Shown here in pieces: positions 40,020 to 51,420 of a stretch of DNA of 64,000 nucleotides. The notes beneath the pieces are model-generated. The model did no database searches and was not told where the DNA came from. It was given only the letters and a program-made list of their open reading frames with translations. Positions within the stretch are counted from its first letter, which is position 1; the number at the start of each line of letters is the position of its first letter. Source of the stretch: Bdellovibrio sp. (GTDB lineage Bacteria > Bdellovibrionota > Bdellovibrionia > Bdellovibrionales > Bdellovibrionaceae); assembly GCA_036676395.1 (NCBI GenBank), contig JAKFCY010000002.1, positions 2,304,001 to 2,368,000 on the forward strand, read 5' to 3'. The translations under genes and the position numbers were made by a program.

Positions 40020-40946
40020 CTATTTTTTCATTAAATCGTCTGGATTTACGCCGACTGTTTTTAACATATCACGAACACCATCGTAATCTGCATCAGTTGC
40101 TTTTTTCAACTCAGTCACACCATAGATCGCTTTAAATGCCGCTTTACCGTCTTCAGTAGAAACGAAAGCGATGAAAGCATCAACGATTTTATTTTTCATG
40201 TCTTCAGGCATATCTTTTCTGAAGATGATTGGATCGTTCGGGATGTGTTGAGATAAATCGATAATCGCAATTTTTTTCTCTACATCTGGGTATTGAGTTT
40301 TAACTAAACGACGAGCGTCTTCGATTTCTGCAGTACCAGAAGCGTTTGTAGAAGGCGGAGAGTAGAATGCAGCGCCGGCATCAACTTGACCTTGATAAAC
40401 CATAGAAATGACGTTGTCGTGCTTTTGCGCGAAAACTGTTTCTTTAGTTTCGATTTTTTTATCTTTTAAAGATTTAACAGGAAGAATGTAACCAGACGCT
40501 GAAGAAGGATCAACGAAAGCTACTTTTTTACCGGCAAGATCTTCTAATTTTTTGATTGGACCGTCTGCTTTAGCCACAAACATAGATTGGTAAGTCGAAG
40601 CACCGTGACGTAATACAGTGATTTTAGCTTCTGCACCGTATTTGTTGTTTGCTAAGATGTAACCGAAAGTGTTGATCGCAGAAACGTCAGCACGTTTAGT
40701 TCCGAAAGCTTCAACAACAGCAACGTATGATTGCGGGATTGTAACTTCGTATTTGTAAGGAGTATTTGCTTCTAAGTACTCTTTAAATTTTTTAGAGTTA
40801 TCTTCGATCACTTTAGCATCCACTGAAGGAACAAAGTGAAGTTTGATTGGGTTTTCTGCTGATCCAAGTTCAGCTTTGTTTTTTGTACAACCAACGATTG
40901 TTAAACCAACGATTGCAGTTACGATAACGCTTAAAAAGTTTTTCAT
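40020..40946 (-). CDS. phnD: Phosphonate/phosphate ABC substrate-binding lipoprotein
   Basis: Lipobox IVGC; DPSSASGY, HD, IPND. Confidence 0.92.
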   Translation of the reverse strand: MKNFLSVIVTAIVGLTIVGCTKNKAELGSAENPIKLHFVPSVDAKVIEDNSKKFKEYLEANTPYKYEVTIPQSYVAVVEAFGTKRADVSAINTFGYILANNKYGAEAKITVLRHGASTYQSMFVAKADGPIKKLEDLAGKKVAFVDPSSASGYILPVKSLKDKKIETKETVFAQKHDNVISMVYQGQVDAGAAFYSPPSTNASGTAEIEDARRLVKTQYPDVEKKIAIIDLSQHIPNDPIIFRKDMPEDMKNKIVDAFIAFVSTEDGKAAFKAIYGVTELKKATDADYDGVRDMLKTVGVNPDDLMKK

Positions 40947-41018
40947 AAGTCTCCTGTTATTGCTTTTTTTAGGCTCGCAAACCGTACCAAAAAAAATTGG
41001 TGTTTGCCAACACTTACA

Positions 41019-41047
41019 TTGCCTATTTAGGCATCCTTCGTTAGGTT
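41019..41047 (+). promoter_or_regulatory. Putative sigma70 promoter, leaderless geometry
   Basis: TTGCCT-N17-TAGGTT-N6-ATG(41054). Confidence 0.6.
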
Positions 41048-41053
41048 AGTTTT

Positions 41054-41800
41054 ATGAATCAACCTCAAGCACCCGGCCTTAGACAGACTTTGAAGCAAAG
41101 TCTTAAATCAATCCTGACAATTGCTGCTGAAAAACCGCGCACCGTGTGTGTTTTTGACCTCGATTCAACATTATTCAATGTAAGCCCACGCACTCAACGC
41201 ATCCTGCACGAGTTTGCAGAGCTGCATAAACCCGAGCTTAAAAAAGTAGAGATTTTACACACTGACTGGGGACTGAAAGAATCTTTGGTTCGTGCGGGCT
41301 ATAAATTTGATGAAAACCCAGAACTGCACCAAACGCTGCGTGATTTTTGGGTCGATCGCTTTTTCACGAATGAATATTTACACTTTGATATTCCTTACCG
41401 TGGGGCTGTTCCGTATGTTCAACAGCTACATACAACAGGTTGCGAGATTCATTACCTTACTGGCCGCGACGTGGCTCGTATGGGCATTGGCACCATGGAA
41501 GTTCTGAAAAAATGGGGCTTTCCAGTTGATGAAAAAAATCTTCATTTAAAACCGCATCGTTCGATGGATGATCATCAATTTAAAGTCGACTGGGTGATTG
41601 AACGTTTTTCGTTAGAGCAATACCCGTCTGACACGGCTCCGATTTATTTTTTCGAAAACGAACCGGTGAATATCAATTTATTAGGTAAAGTCAGACCTGA
41701 TATTCATATTGTTCAGCTAGACACAACCCACTCGCGCCAAGAAGAAGTGAATGTGCCGGTATTAAAAGTTTCAAATTTTTACACTGAAGAGGAAAACTAA
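41054..41800 (+). CDS. HAD superfamily hydrolase
   Basis: VFDLDSTL motif I, YLTGR motif II, FK, FFENE. Confidence 0.85.
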   Translation: MNQPQAPGLRQTLKQSLKSILTIAAEKPRTVCVFDLDSTLFNVSPRTQRILHEFAELHKPELKKVEILHTDWGLKESLVRAGYKFDENPELHQTLRDFWVDRFFTNEYLHFDIPYRGAVPYVQQLHTTGCEIHYLTGRDVARMGIGTMEVLKKWGFPVDEKNLHLKPHRSMDDHQFKVDWVIERFSLEQYPSDTAPIYFFENEPVNINLLGKVRPDIHIVQLDTTHSRQEEVNVPVLKVSNFYTEEEN

Positions 41801-42465
41801 TGTTGTATTTAGTCGCAACCCCTATAGGTGATGTTTCTGAAATTACTTTACGCGCCATAGAGATTTTAAAATCTGCTGATATCATTTTATGTGAATCGAC
41901 AAAAGAAACTTCGAAATTATTAAAACAATTGGATATCAAAGCCAAAAGATACGAACTGTTAAATGAACATTCGACGATGGAAGATCTGAAAATGTTAACT
42001 GAACTGTGCAAAACCCAAACAGTGGCCTTAGTTTCAGACTGCGGCACACCGGGATTTTGCGATCCGGGAAATGATCTGATCGGTTTTTGCCGCAGAGCTA
42101 GCGTTAAAGTAAAATCTGTTCTGGGACCATCGTCTTTGATGGGATTATTATCTTTAACTTCACGTCGCATGAATGAGTTCGTGTTTCGCGGGTTTTTACC
42201 GGCTGAATCTGAATCACGTGATAAAGAATGGCAGAAATTAAAAAACGAAAAAAGAGCTATCGTTATTATGGATACACCTTATCGTTTGAAAAAAACAGTT
42301 GATGAATTAAACCGTCACTTTGTTGGCCGCCAAGCATTACTTGCTTTAAATTTGTCACAAGATAATGAATTAGTCTTAGAAGGCACACCTAATCACATCA
42401 TTCAGAATTTAGACCGTGATAAGGCTGAATTTATGTTGCTGATTTACCCTAACGAGAAAGTTTGA
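41800..42465 (+). CDS. rsmI: 16S rRNA C1402 2'-O-methyltransferase
   Basis: LYLVATPIG, VSDCGTPGFCDPG, FRGFLP. Confidence 0.92.
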   Translation: MLYLVATPIGDVSEITLRAIEILKSADIILCESTKETSKLLKQLDIKAKRYELLNEHSTMEDLKMLTELCKTQTVALVSDCGTPGFCDPGNDLIGFCRRASVKVKSVLGPSSLMGLLSLTSRRMNEFVFRGFLPAESESRDKEWQKLKNEKRAIVIMDTPYRLKKTVDELNRHFVGRQALLALNLSQDNELVLEGTPNHIIQNLDRDKAEFMLLIYPNEKV

Positions 42466-42466
42466 G

Positions 42467-44908
42467 TTGCAACGTCTACCTATAGATCCGCATTTGGATG
42501 GCATTGTTAATAAAATTACCGGCGAAAAAGCGGTGATTTTAATGGCCAGTCCGGGATCGGGTAAAACTACTCGCGTGCCGGCGCATTTATTAAAAGCAAT
42601 CAAAGGCCAGACTTCACAAAAAATTATCGTTATTGTGCCAAAGCGAGTTTCAGCACTATCGGCCGCTGATCGTATAGCTTCAGAGAATAACTGGGTATTA
42701 GGTGAAGACGTCGGTTACCAAGTGCGCTTTGAAAATAAAGTCTCAAATAAAACCCAATTAATTTTTATGACTGAGGGTTTATTTTTAAAACGCATTCAAA
42801 CCCCTGGTTTTTGGGATGAGATTCACACGTTAATTATTGATGAGTTTCATGAACGCTCAAGCTCAATCGACATGATTTTAGGTTTAGGCTTCGAACAAAA
42901 AGTTTTAGGCCGCAAATTACAATTATTAGTGATGTCTGCAACCTTAAATGTGCAGCAGCTGCAAAACTTTTTAGGCGATAGCGAAACAATCACTGTTGAG
43001 GCTCCGCCGTATAAGCTTGAAATAATTTATTCTGATAAAAATCAAAAACTCATTTGTGATGATATGTTTTTCAATCATTTAAAAGACACATTATTAAAAG
43101 CCTGGAAAACAGCGCATAAAGATATTTTGGTGTTCTTACCCGGGCAGCGTGAAATTAATCGCTTTAGAAACATGATTCAGCCGTTATTCACGCAAAATCG
43201 CATCGACATCTTACATGGCTCATTAAGCTTGAGCGAACAAAAACAAATTGTTCGCAATGACACAGGCCTCGGCCGACGAATAATTTTAAGTACCAACGTG
43301 GCAGAATCTTCGATCACCGTTTCTGGTTTAGATTGCGTGATTGATTCTGGCTTAGAGAAAAAATCATACCTTGAAAACAAAGTAGGATTTTCAGGCTTAG
43401 ACTTACAGCGCATCTCACTCTTCTCAGCTAAACAGCGTGCAGGCCGCGCTGCCCGTGAACAACAAGGTTATTGTTTTAAGCTTTGGCATGGCACAGATGA
43501 AATGTCGATGAAAGAGCAAATTGAACCCGAGATTTTAAAAACCTCATTGTTAGAAGAATCATTAGTTTTACACCAACAAGAGGTTTTAGATTTAGAATCT
43601 TTTTCGTGGTTAACAAAACCTTCGTCGTTTGCCATCAAACAAGCCCGTCAGAAATTATTAAAATGGAATTTAATCACTGAGGCGTCAGCATTAACTCCCC
43701 TAGCTGGTTTAGTTTCTAAATGGCCGCTGTCGGTTGAAAATTCAATTCTACATTATGAATTGAGCCAACATGGTTTTTCAATGGAGTCGGCAGAGCTTAT
43801 TGCCGTATTAGAATCTGGCAGTGTTGAATCTGTTTTAGAGAAAAATAAGAATTTTAATGGTTCTGATGTGGCTAAGATTATTGATAGCGGGGCTTTAGAT
43901 TTTTCAAGTGAACGCATTTACCAACAGATTTTATCAAGCTGTAAGGTTTCTGGTAAAAAAGCTGGCTCTGACTCATTTGAAAAGACGCTCATTCAGATTT
44001 ATGCGGCGTTTTTTCCAGAAAAAGTGGCCTTTGTTAAAAATAAAACTAATGCCGTATCTATGTTTGGTCGCGGTTTACAGGTGAATGCAGGTTCGCAGGC
44101 GGCTCAATCTGATTTTTTTATTGCTCTTGCTGGCCGCGAAAATCACACGCAGTTTACCCAAGTCGTCTGCGCTTTAGGTTTTGATAAAAAACTGGCGCAA
44201 GAAATTTTTGCACCGCTGGCCAAAAAGCAAAGCGAAGTTCATTATGATTTCGAAAAAAATGAGTTTTTTAAAACTGAACAGCTTAAATTTGAAACTTTTG
44301 TTTTAAATGATTATGGTAAATCCCGTTTGAGTAAAGATGAATTGCAAAAAAACTGGCAAGTGTTTTTTAAAAAAACTCCCGCAGACTTTTTAAAGATTCA
44401 TCCCAATTATGAAAAAATTAAAGATCGTTTAAATTTCTTATGTAAAAAAGACACCACGTTGTCTGAGACTAGCAAACAGCAGATTGAAAATTTTGAAGAT
44501 TTAATAACGGATTATATTTTGCAAGGCTATGACAGCTTTGAAGACTATAAAAACTGCGATCTTTTCTATTTAAGTTATCAGGTCTTAAATGATGATTTAA
44601 GCGATCTATTACAAAATCTGCCTGATGGTGTGAAATCCAACCGCGGGCGCAGTCATGATGTGAATTACACAGATGATAAAGCGCCGATGATTTCACTTAA
44701 GATTCAAGATGCTTTTGGCTGGAAAGATACTCCCAAAATTTGCCATGGCAAATTTACGCTGACTTTAGAATTATTGGCACCAAACATGCGACCTGCTCAG
44801 ATTACCAGTCAATTGGGGCTTTTCTGGAAAAGCAGCTATGCTGATGTTCGTAAAGATTTACGTGCCAGATACCCTAAACATGACTGGCCCGAAGACCCCT
44901 CGATATAA
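42467..44908 (+). CDS. hrpB: ATP-dependent RNA helicase HrpB
   Basis: GSGKTT, DEFHER, MSAT, QRAGRAAR, C-terminal RARYPKHDWP. Confidence 0.95.
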   Translation: MQRLPIDPHLDGIVNKITGEKAVILMASPGSGKTTRVPAHLLKAIKGQTSQKIIVIVPKRVSALSAADRIASENNWVLGEDVGYQVRFENKVSNKTQLIFMTEGLFLKRIQTPGFWDEIHTLIIDEFHERSSSIDMILGLGFEQKVLGRKLQLLVMSATLNVQQLQNFLGDSETITVEAPPYKLEIIYSDKNQKLICDDMFFNHLKDTLLKAWKTAHKDILVFLPGQREINRFRNMIQPLFTQNRIDILHGSLSLSEQKQIVRNDTGLGRRIILSTNVAESSITVSGLDCVIDSGLEKKSYLENKVGFSGLDLQRISLFSAKQRAGRAAREQQGYCFKLWHGTDEMSMKEQIEPEILKTSLLEESLVLHQQEVLDLESFSWLTKPSSFAIKQARQKLLKWNLITEASALTPLAGLVSKWPLSVENSILHYELSQHGFSMESAELIAVLESGSVESVLEKNKNFNGSDVAKIIDSGALDFSSERIYQQILSSCKVSGKKAGSDSFEKTLIQIYAAFFPEKVAFVKNKTNAVSMFGRGLQVNAGSQAAQSDFFIALAGRENHTQFTQVVCALGFDKKLAQEIFAPLAKKQSEVHYDFEKNEFFKTEQLKFETFVLNDYGKSRLSKDELQKNWQVFFKKTPADFLKIHPNYEKIKDRLNFLCKKDTTLSETSKQQIENFEDLITDYILQGYDSFEDYKNCDLFYLSYQVLNDDLSDLLQNLPDGVKSNRGRSHDVNYTDDKAPMISLKIQDAFGWKDTPKICHGKFTLTLELLAPNMRPAQITSQLGLFWKSSYADVRKDLRARYPKHDWPEDPSI

Positions 44909-44916
44909 GGTGAATT

Positions 44917-45372
44917 ATGAAGACACTTAAAGAAAAACATCCTTTATTATATAAAATCAGCGTGCTTATGGATAATAAGTACGAATTTTTCGGCATCAGT
45001 TTTGGCTTAGATTTTATTTTAGGTCTATTGCCATTTTGGGGTAATTTAACCACGACATTTATTTCATTATTTACTGTGGTCTATTCGGCATTTCATGGCG
45101 TGTCGGCGATTGTTTTATTTCGTATGCTGCTAAACATCAGCGTCGATATGTTAATTACGGCTATTCCGGTCTTTGGCAATTTGGCTGATGTTTTTTGGAA
45201 AGCCAATGCTAAAAATTATAAAATTTTAAATAGCTATCTTGAAAATCCTAAAAGCACTATAAAACGTTCGATCGCTGCAAACCTTGCGATTTTAGGTACA
45301 TATTTGGCTTTTATCGTCGCATGTTTTTATGGCTTGTACCGCTTAACGGTTTATCTGATTTCGTTATTTTAA
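44917..45372 (+). CDS. DUF4112-like membrane protein
   Basis: LMD...[14 protein letters not shown]...[15 protein letters not shown]. Confidence 0.8.
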   Translation: MKTLKEKHPLLYKISVLMDNKYEFFGISFGLDFILGLLPFWGNLTTTFISLFTVVYSAFHGVSAIVLFRMLLNISVDMLITAIPVFGNLADVFWKANAKNYKILNSYLENPKSTIKRSIAANLAILGTYLAFIVACFYGLYRLTVYLISLF

Positions 45373-45873
45373 AACAACCGATTGCGGAGCCACGATCACA
45401 GAATTTTGCGGCACATCTTTGATGACCACGGCATTAGCACCGATCTTGGTGTTATCGCCAATCAGAATCGGACCTAAAATCTTGGCACCCGTTCCGATAA
45501 GAACGTTATTTCCCACAGTTGGATGACGCTTAACTGGTTCGAATTTCATTCCACCCAGTGTGACGCCGTGAAAAATCACGCAGTCATCGCCAACTTCTGC
45601 CGTTTCACCGATCACACAACCTACGCCGTGATCGATCACTAAACGTCTTCCCAGTTTAGCGCCGGGATGAATTTCAATTCCAGTTAAGGTGCGCGAGATA
45701 TCTGCCACAAGGCGTGCGATAAAAAATAAGCGGCATTGGTAAAGAGCGTGCGCAATTCGGTGAAAAAAGATCGCGCGCGGGCCTGGATATAATAAAAAAA
45801 TCTCTAACATCGATTTAGCAGCAGGATCGTAATTCTTATAAGCGCGTAGAAAAGTGATCACTTTGAATTCCAT
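45364..45873 (-). CDS. cysE: Serine O-acetyltransferase (short form)
   Basis: [30 protein letters not shown] hexapeptide repeats. Confidence 0.9.
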   Translation of the reverse strand: MEFKVITFLRAYKNYDPAAKSMLEIFLLYPGPRAIFFHRIAHALYQCRLFFIARLVADISRTLTGIEIHPGAKLGRRLVIDHGVGCVIGETAEVGDDCVIFHGVTLGGMKFEPVKRHPTVGNNVLIGTGAKILGPILIGDNTKIGANAVVIKDVPQNSVIVAPQSVVLK

Positions 45874-46838
45874 TTCGTTTTTAAATCATCCAAGAAAAAA
45901 TAGCGCTCAAAGTTTTCGTTGTAGCGTGACCAGGATTCACCACTTTGACGTTCTTGGTTGATAAATGACATCATCGTGTCCATTTTAGAGTCCATGTCGT
46001 CAATCATGGCAACAACAAGAGCTTCAGGAAACATCGGCACTTTCGGCGAACCGTATTCAAGTTTACCGTGATGAGCTAAGATAATATGTTTTAATACTGT
46101 ACGCAGATCTTCTGGAAAGCCTAGAATTCTTTGCGATTTTTTTTCAACTAATTCACAGGCTAGTAACATATGCCCAAGCATCTGCCCTTGATTGGTGTAA
46201 TAGATTTGTTGCTGCTCGGTTTGATCGAGCTCCCAGATTTTTCCTAAATCGTGAAAGATAGCCCCGAAAATTAAAAGATCTTTATTTAAATAATTATAAT
46301 GTGAAGCCATAAACTGCATGACTTTACAAATCGAGACAATATGTTCGATCAACCCGCCCCGATGAGCATGATGAATTGTTTTAGCCGCAGGTGCTTTTAA
46401 TAAACGCGGTTTAATTTCTTCATCCTGTAAGCAATCAAGCATCAACTGCTTCAGCGGCTGGATTTCGATTTCTTGCACCATCTGATAAAGTTCAGAATAC
46501 AAAGCATGCGTATCCAGCTGGCGTTCTTTGATTTTGTAATCATCTTTATTAATTGTCGCATCTTCGACTTTTTCTAAACGATGAATAATCAGCTGTTTGC
46601 GCTGATTATAAATCTGAATAACACCTTTGATTTTGATTAAATCACCGATTTCAAATCTTGTGCTGACTTCTTCGATGTTATCCCAGATACGGCCATCAAG
46701 CTGGCCCGATTGATCACCAATTAAAACTGTTAAAAAAGTTTTTCCGGTTTTACCGACACCTAAGATTTTATCTTTAACTAAAAAAATACGGTCTTGAACC
46801 GGGTCTTTATCATTTAAATTTTTAATCGGTGTCATCAT
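45858..46838 (-). CDS. yhaM: OB-fold/HD-domain 3'-5' exoribonuclease, YhaM family
   Basis: [31 protein letters not shown]. Confidence 0.9.
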   Translation of the reverse strand: MMTPIKNLNDKDPVQDRIFLVKDKILGVGKTGKTFLTVLIGDQSGQLDGRIWDNIEEVSTRFEIGDLIKIKGVIQIYNQRKQLIIHRLEKVEDATINKDDYKIKERQLDTHALYSELYQMVQEIEIQPLKQLMLDCLQDEEIKPRLLKAPAAKTIHHAHRGGLIEHIVSICKVMQFMASHYNYLNKDLLIFGAIFHDLGKIWELDQTEQQQIYYTNQGQMLGHMLLACELVEKKSQRILGFPEDLRTVLKHIILAHHGKLEYGSPKVPMFPEALVVAMIDDMDSKMDTMMSFINQERQSGESWSRYNENFERYFFLDDLKTKWNSK

Positions 46839-46840
46839 AA

Positions 46841-47488
46841 TTACTTCTCAATCGTAAAGATCGTTGAACACATCTTATCGCTGTAACGCGAATCGAATAG
46901 ATTTAAATGCGTCAGATAATATTGAATTCCCTTTTTAAACACAAATATATACTGTCCCGAGAGCACATGCGCATAAGTGTGATTAATTGAATTCAACTTT
47001 AAAAAGGTTTTATCCTGAAGTTTACTGAATTTAGGCTTTAAATCCGCCCATTGACCGCAGCCTAAGCCATATTCTTCATCATGGATTTTCACTTTGGGCG
47101 AATCGCTGATGTAAAATAAGAAAGCTAATTCTGGTTTAGTTTCAAACTGCTTCGGCGGAAAATGTAAATAAAAACTACCTTCACCGGTGACATAGTCTTT
47201 TAAATCAATAGCACCACCACCATTAGGTAATTTGAATAATAATCTTGAATAACTTAACACTGATTTCTGATCGGTATGCACTTCTACTTCTAAATCAGTA
47301 AAAATGTATTCAGGTTCTATGGTGATACCTTCACCCAAATTCTTTTTAATTGCGGTAAAGATCGCTTCAGGCACTTTGAAGTCGTTGGCCAGTGAATTAT
47401 TCGTAATAATTTGAGGCTTTGATTCTATGGCCTTCTCACAAGCTGATAACACAACAATCAAACCAGCAAGAGCGATTAAAATTTTCAC
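46841..47488 (-). CDS. Hypothetical lipoprotein
   Basis: Lipobox LSAC; overlaps upstream gene. Confidence 0.75.
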   Translation of the reverse strand: MKILIALAGLIVVLSACEKAIESKPQIITNNSLANDFKVPEAIFTAIKKNLGEGITIEPEYIFTDLEVEVHTDQKSVLSYSRLLFKLPNGGGAIDLKDYVTGEGSFYLHFPPKQFETKPELAFLFYISDSPKVKIHDEEYGLGCGQWADLKPKFSKLQDKTFLKLNSINHTYAHVLSGQYIFVFKKGIQYYLTHLNLFDSRYSDKMCSTIFTIEK

Positions 47489-49272
47489 TCGCCAGATCCC
47501 TTAATCTCTAAGAATGGAATAAAGTCTTCTCCGGCACCAGAGTTAGCCTGAACAAAAGATACTTTTTTAGCGGGTTCCTGAATAACCAATAGCTGCGACC
47601 ACAAACCTAAAACATTATTTTCAGTTCGCAAATAGTTAACATGTTTTGTGACACCGTCATCAATTAGGGTTGCAGATGAATCTTTTGATCTTTGTTTAGC
47701 TAATAATAAAACGTAATGGCTGGCTGTATTTAACTTAGAAATATCCAGGGTTTTTTCCTGAGCAATAACTGCTGAATAATCTTTCAAAGCAAAATCCAGT
47801 TGCAGGCGTAAATTTGCACGCTCTGCCGGGTCTTCAATCAGCGTGTTATAATTTGCATACAGTGTTTGCGCTGCAGAAATTTCGCCGAGCTCTAGTTTAA
47901 TGTGAGTTTCAATCACCATTTTCGGTGTCGCCGCTAAAAATGGTTTTAATTTTTCAAAAGTCGGCCGCAAGGTAAACATTGAATAAATTCCGCTAAATAC
48001 AGACAACGGAATTTGAAACTTTTGGCGAAAGTTCAATGGCATCGCGGTAAAACTTTTGTAATCGCTATTAAATCTTTCTTCGCGGTTCGTGCGTTTATCT
48101 AAAAGCATGTTAATCAGTAAAAGTTCTTTTTTGAAATCGATGTGCGTGTCTGTGTACATCGTGATCTCATGATTAAGTAAACTTTCTACTTCAGAATTTG
48201 ATGTTGGTTTTGATAATTCACTGACAGCCCAACCGAATAACCAGCGGCCTTTTTTTGCTGTTTGAAACAGTTCAGAAAACGTTTTTGTCGCATTATCAAA
48301 TTTACCTTCATAAAAACTTAAAATGGCATCGTTTTCTTTGATCAATTCACTGCTTGGATCAAGATCTTTGGCGCGAATTAAAGATTCACGGGCTTTTTTA
48401 AGGTCTTGATCCTGAAGAGACTGAATAAATTGAACGATATCCAACAAGGCTTTACGTTGATCGTTAACACCTGGGTTTGATTTTAAGTTATTAATGGTCT
48501 GTGAACCATTAATATAACCAACTGAATCTAATTTTGGAATCATCGGAATGATCTCGGGAAGAATTTGGCGCTGTAATTCAGGGCTCATGTTGCCAAAAAT
48601 CTCGACTACTTTAGATTCTAAGCCATACAAACTGTATTTACGAATCGAAGTGATAGATTGCTGCTCTTGTTTTTTCTTTTCTTTGTTTTGATAAAACTGT
48701 GAACCACCGGCGATAACAATAACCCCTAATAAAATAGAGATTAAAATCATTAAAGTTAATTTAGAACGTTCGCGAATTTGTGAATGCACCACTGGATCTG
48801 CCGACGAAACATATTGTGGCGGAGCTTTAACTTTATTTTTCTCTGGCACAAGTTGCGGCTTAACCGGAGCCACGGCTGTTGCTGTTGCCGGTGCTTGAGT
48901 TGTTTCTTCTTCTGTAAATTCAGCATCTTCAACAGTGACATTGGTAAAAGTGGGCATTTCAAACTTGGTGTTTTCAGCCAAAAGTTCTTGCGTAACAGTG
49001 CCTGTTTTAGTTAGCCCCTGAGTCGTGCGTGTTTGATAAGTTTTAGTGTGGTCATCTACTCTGGCTAATTCTTCACGAATTTCATCAACAATAGCTTTTA
49101 AAGCTTCAGCTTCACGAATATACATCCAACGTGTATCCATATCGCGAACTTCATCAATTAATGAAATCTGCTTCTTCTTAAGTAAATCTTCGATTTGATC
49201 ATAAGAATAGGGCCCGAGAACTTTATTTTCAGATTTGATCATCCATTTTCGGTCGGCGGCGGCAGTTTGCAT
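47485..49272 (-). CDS. Bitopic membrane protein: N-terminal GYF_2-like domain, TM, helical/TPR-like C-terminus
   Basis: W..K....VLGPYS...W motif; single TM at ~aa 172-192. Confidence 0.7.
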   Translation of the reverse strand: MQTAAADRKWMIKSENKVLGPYSYDQIEDLLKKKQISLIDEVRDMDTRWMYIREAEALKAIVDEIREELARVDDHTKTYQTRTTQGLTKTGTVTQELLAENTKFEMPTFTNVTVEDAEFTEEETTQAPATATAVAPVKPQLVPEKNKVKAPPQYVSSADPVVHSQIRERSKLTLMILISILLGVIVIAGGSQFYQNKEKKKQEQQSITSIRKYSLYGLESKVVEIFGNMSPELQRQILPEIIPMIPKLDSVGYINGSQTINNLKSNPGVNDQRKALLDIVQFIQSLQDQDLKKARESLIRAKDLDPSSELIKENDAILSFYEGKFDNATKTFSELFQTAKKGRWLFGWAVSELSKPTSNSEVESLLNHEITMYTDTHIDFKKELLLINMLLDKRTNREERFNSDYKSFTAMPLNFRQKFQIPLSVFSGIYSMFTLRPTFEKLKPFLAATPKMVIETHIKLELGEISAAQTLYANYNTLIEDPAERANLRLQLDFALKDYSAVIAQEKTLDISKLNTASHYVLLLAKQRSKDSSATLIDDGVTKHVNYLRTENNVLGLWSQLLVIQEPAKKVSFVQANSGAGEDFIPFLEIKGSGE

Positions 49273-49282
49273 GGCGGCTCTC

Positions 49283-50665
49283 CTAGAATGGGGATTTCGT
49301 TAAAAGTAGTTTAAGATCATCATTAGTTAAGAATAAACCGGCACCAGCATAGAATGACTGTGCATCAGTGTTATTTAACATGTCGTTGTAGCCACCTAAG
49401 ACATATAAACCGTAGCGAAACTTATAAGAAACCGTTGTGCGTAAGTTTGCATTTTCAAAATCAAAGGCTTCAAAAGAAAATTTAAGACGGTGCATTCTAA
49501 ATGGCGAATAGTCTAAACCGACACCCGCTGCATTTTCGATTAACCCGCCTTTAATTGTAAAATCAAAAACATTTTTAGCAAAAAGAGCCGTAAATTTTGT
49601 TTCATTTTTGTAAGTCACAGTTTCGTCAGTGCTGTTTGGAGCGCCACCGTTAGTTGTCGTTACAGTATTTTTCTTATCTACAACGCCTGCCGGATCATCA
49701 ACTAAAGCTAAATAGTAGTAACGATCTAGGCCTGGTTGAATTTGAATACCAATCGAAGATTTTGCTTCTTCGATGTTATCTAAGTAATACCCATTAAAAT
49801 CAAAAGCCGTCGAAGTTTTATTGGCCGTATCAACCAGGCCACTTAAACCTTCGATCGCCGATGACACATCTTCTGCTGTTTTTTCATCAGAGATTAGTTT
49901 TCCGATAGTGCCTTCGCCGTTATTTACTTTGTCAGTGATTTCTTCGATATTTTTTAATGACTTATCAATGCGAGCCATCGAGTTCTTCCAGGTTTTCTTA
50001 AAACCTGTTTCACTTTCATCATTAATTAAATCATCCATTGTCGAAGTGATATTATGCACTTGATCAACGATTTCACCAATCTGCTCTTTGTTTTCAGCAG
50101 TCATATGCGAAATATCGCCGGTTAATTTTTCGATATTCATTACGATGCGGCCCAAGATATGTTTATTTGTACCTTCAGCAGTCGTCGCTTCATTTAAATT
50201 TTTAGCGACATCTTTTAGGCTAGTGGTGATTTCAGAAACTTGCGACATCACATCATCAAGTGAACCGCCAGTTTTAACATTGGCAATCTGACCGCCATCT
50301 TCTAAGCCTGGATCAGTTGAATTTCCCGGAGTAATTTCGATATATTTATCACCCAAGATTCCGTTGGCGCGCATTTCAACTATTGCTGAGCGGGTTAATG
50401 GCACATCAGATTTTACTGAAACATCAATACGCGCTTTACCTTCATGCAAAGAAATATCTTTGATGGCGCCGACAGGGATGCCGGCAGAACGAATCGCCGA
50501 GCCCTTTGTAAGGCCGTTAGCGTTATCTAAATAAAACCAGGCCTTTTTTGATCGACCTAGAAACGAAGGATCATCGCTGACTTGCATCGACATAAGCGCG
50601 ATCAAAGCCCCGATGGATACGACAAGCGCGCCTACTTTAAATTCTGCAGTGCTGAAAAAACTCAT
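49283..50665 (-). CDS. mlaD: Long MlaD/MCE protein with helical stalk and beta-rich C-terminus
   Basis: TM, MCE motifs (GL..GS.I...GI.VG.I, GILGDKYIEITPG), GEGTIGKLI. Confidence 0.9.
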   Translation of the reverse strand: MSFFSTAEFKVGALVVSIGALIALMSMQVSDDPSFLGRSKKAWFYLDNANGLTKGSAIRSAGIPVGAIKDISLHEGKARIDVSVKSDVPLTRSAIVEMRANGILGDKYIEITPGNSTDPGLEDGGQIANVKTGGSLDDVMSQVSEITTSLKDVAKNLNEATTAEGTNKHILGRIVMNIEKLTGDISHMTAENKEQIGEIVDQVHNITSTMDDLINDESETGFKKTWKNSMARIDKSLKNIEEITDKVNNGEGTIGKLISDEKTAEDVSSAIEGLSGLVDTANKTSTAFDFNGYYLDNIEEAKSSIGIQIQPGLDRYYYLALVDDPAGVVDKKNTVTTTNGGAPNSTDETVTYKNETKFTALFAKNVFDFTIKGGLIENAAGVGLDYSPFRMHRLKFSFEAFDFENANLRTTVSYKFRYGLYVLGGYNDMLNNTDAQSFYAGAGLFLTNDDLKLLLTKSPF

Positions 50666-51420
50666 TGATGCTTCATCCCTTTTGTCACAAATCGCTTAAC
50701 TAACTCAATATCCGAATTAAAGAAATCCTGAGCAGTTCCAGCTAGTAACACTTTACCAGCATCGAGCATCACAATAAAGTCTGCGATTCTAAAAGCTGCA
50801 CTTAAATCGTGCGACACCATGACCGAGGTCGTGTCTTTATCTAATTTATGAGTCTGAAGAATCAGATCATCGACCATTTCGGTCAAAATTGGATCCAATC
50901 CCGTGGTCGGTTCATCATAAACAATGATCCCCGGATCTAAGGCTAGGGCGCGGGCTAAGCCTGTTCTTTTTTGCATACCGCCTGAAATTTCACTCGGTAA
51001 TTTATTGTAGTGCATAGGATCCAACCCAACCATCTTTAGTTTTGTCTGCGCAATTTGAATAACCTGATTTTTTTGCAATTGCCGGCGATGTTCTTCAAGG
51101 GGAAAACACACATTTTCTAAAACTGTCATATCATCAAACAACGCCGCACTTTGAAAAAGCACCCCAAAATTACAACGAAACTTTGTCAGCTCGTTTTCAT
51201 CCATTGATGAGAGATCTGTTCCTAAAACTTTCACAGAACCTGAAGTCGGCTTAAATAAACCTAAGATATGTTTTAACATGACTGATTTTCCCGTACCCGA
51301 AAAACCAATAATTGCCGTTAAACTGCCTTTGGGAATTTTAAGATCCAGGCCTTTAAGAACGAATTCTTTGCCATCGAAACTTTTTTTAAGATCTTTGATT
51401 TCAATTGCGTATTCGTTCAT
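50662..51420 (-). CDS. mlaF: Mla ABC ATPase
   Basis: GFSGTGKS, FQSAALFD, SGGMQKR, YDEPTTGLDP. Confidence 0.93.
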   Translation of the reverse strand: MNEYAIEIKDLKKSFDGKEFVLKGLDLKIPKGSLTAIIGFSGTGKSVMLKHILGLFKPTSGSVKVLGTDLSSMDENELTKFRCNFGVLFQSAALFDDMTVLENVCFPLEEHRRQLQKNQVIQIAQTKLKMVGLDPMHYNKLPSEISGGMQKRTGLARALALDPGIIVYDEPTTGLDPILTEMVDDLILQTHKLDKDTTSVMVSHDLSAAFRIADFIVMLDAGKVLLAGTAQDFFNSDIELVKRFVTKGMKHQ

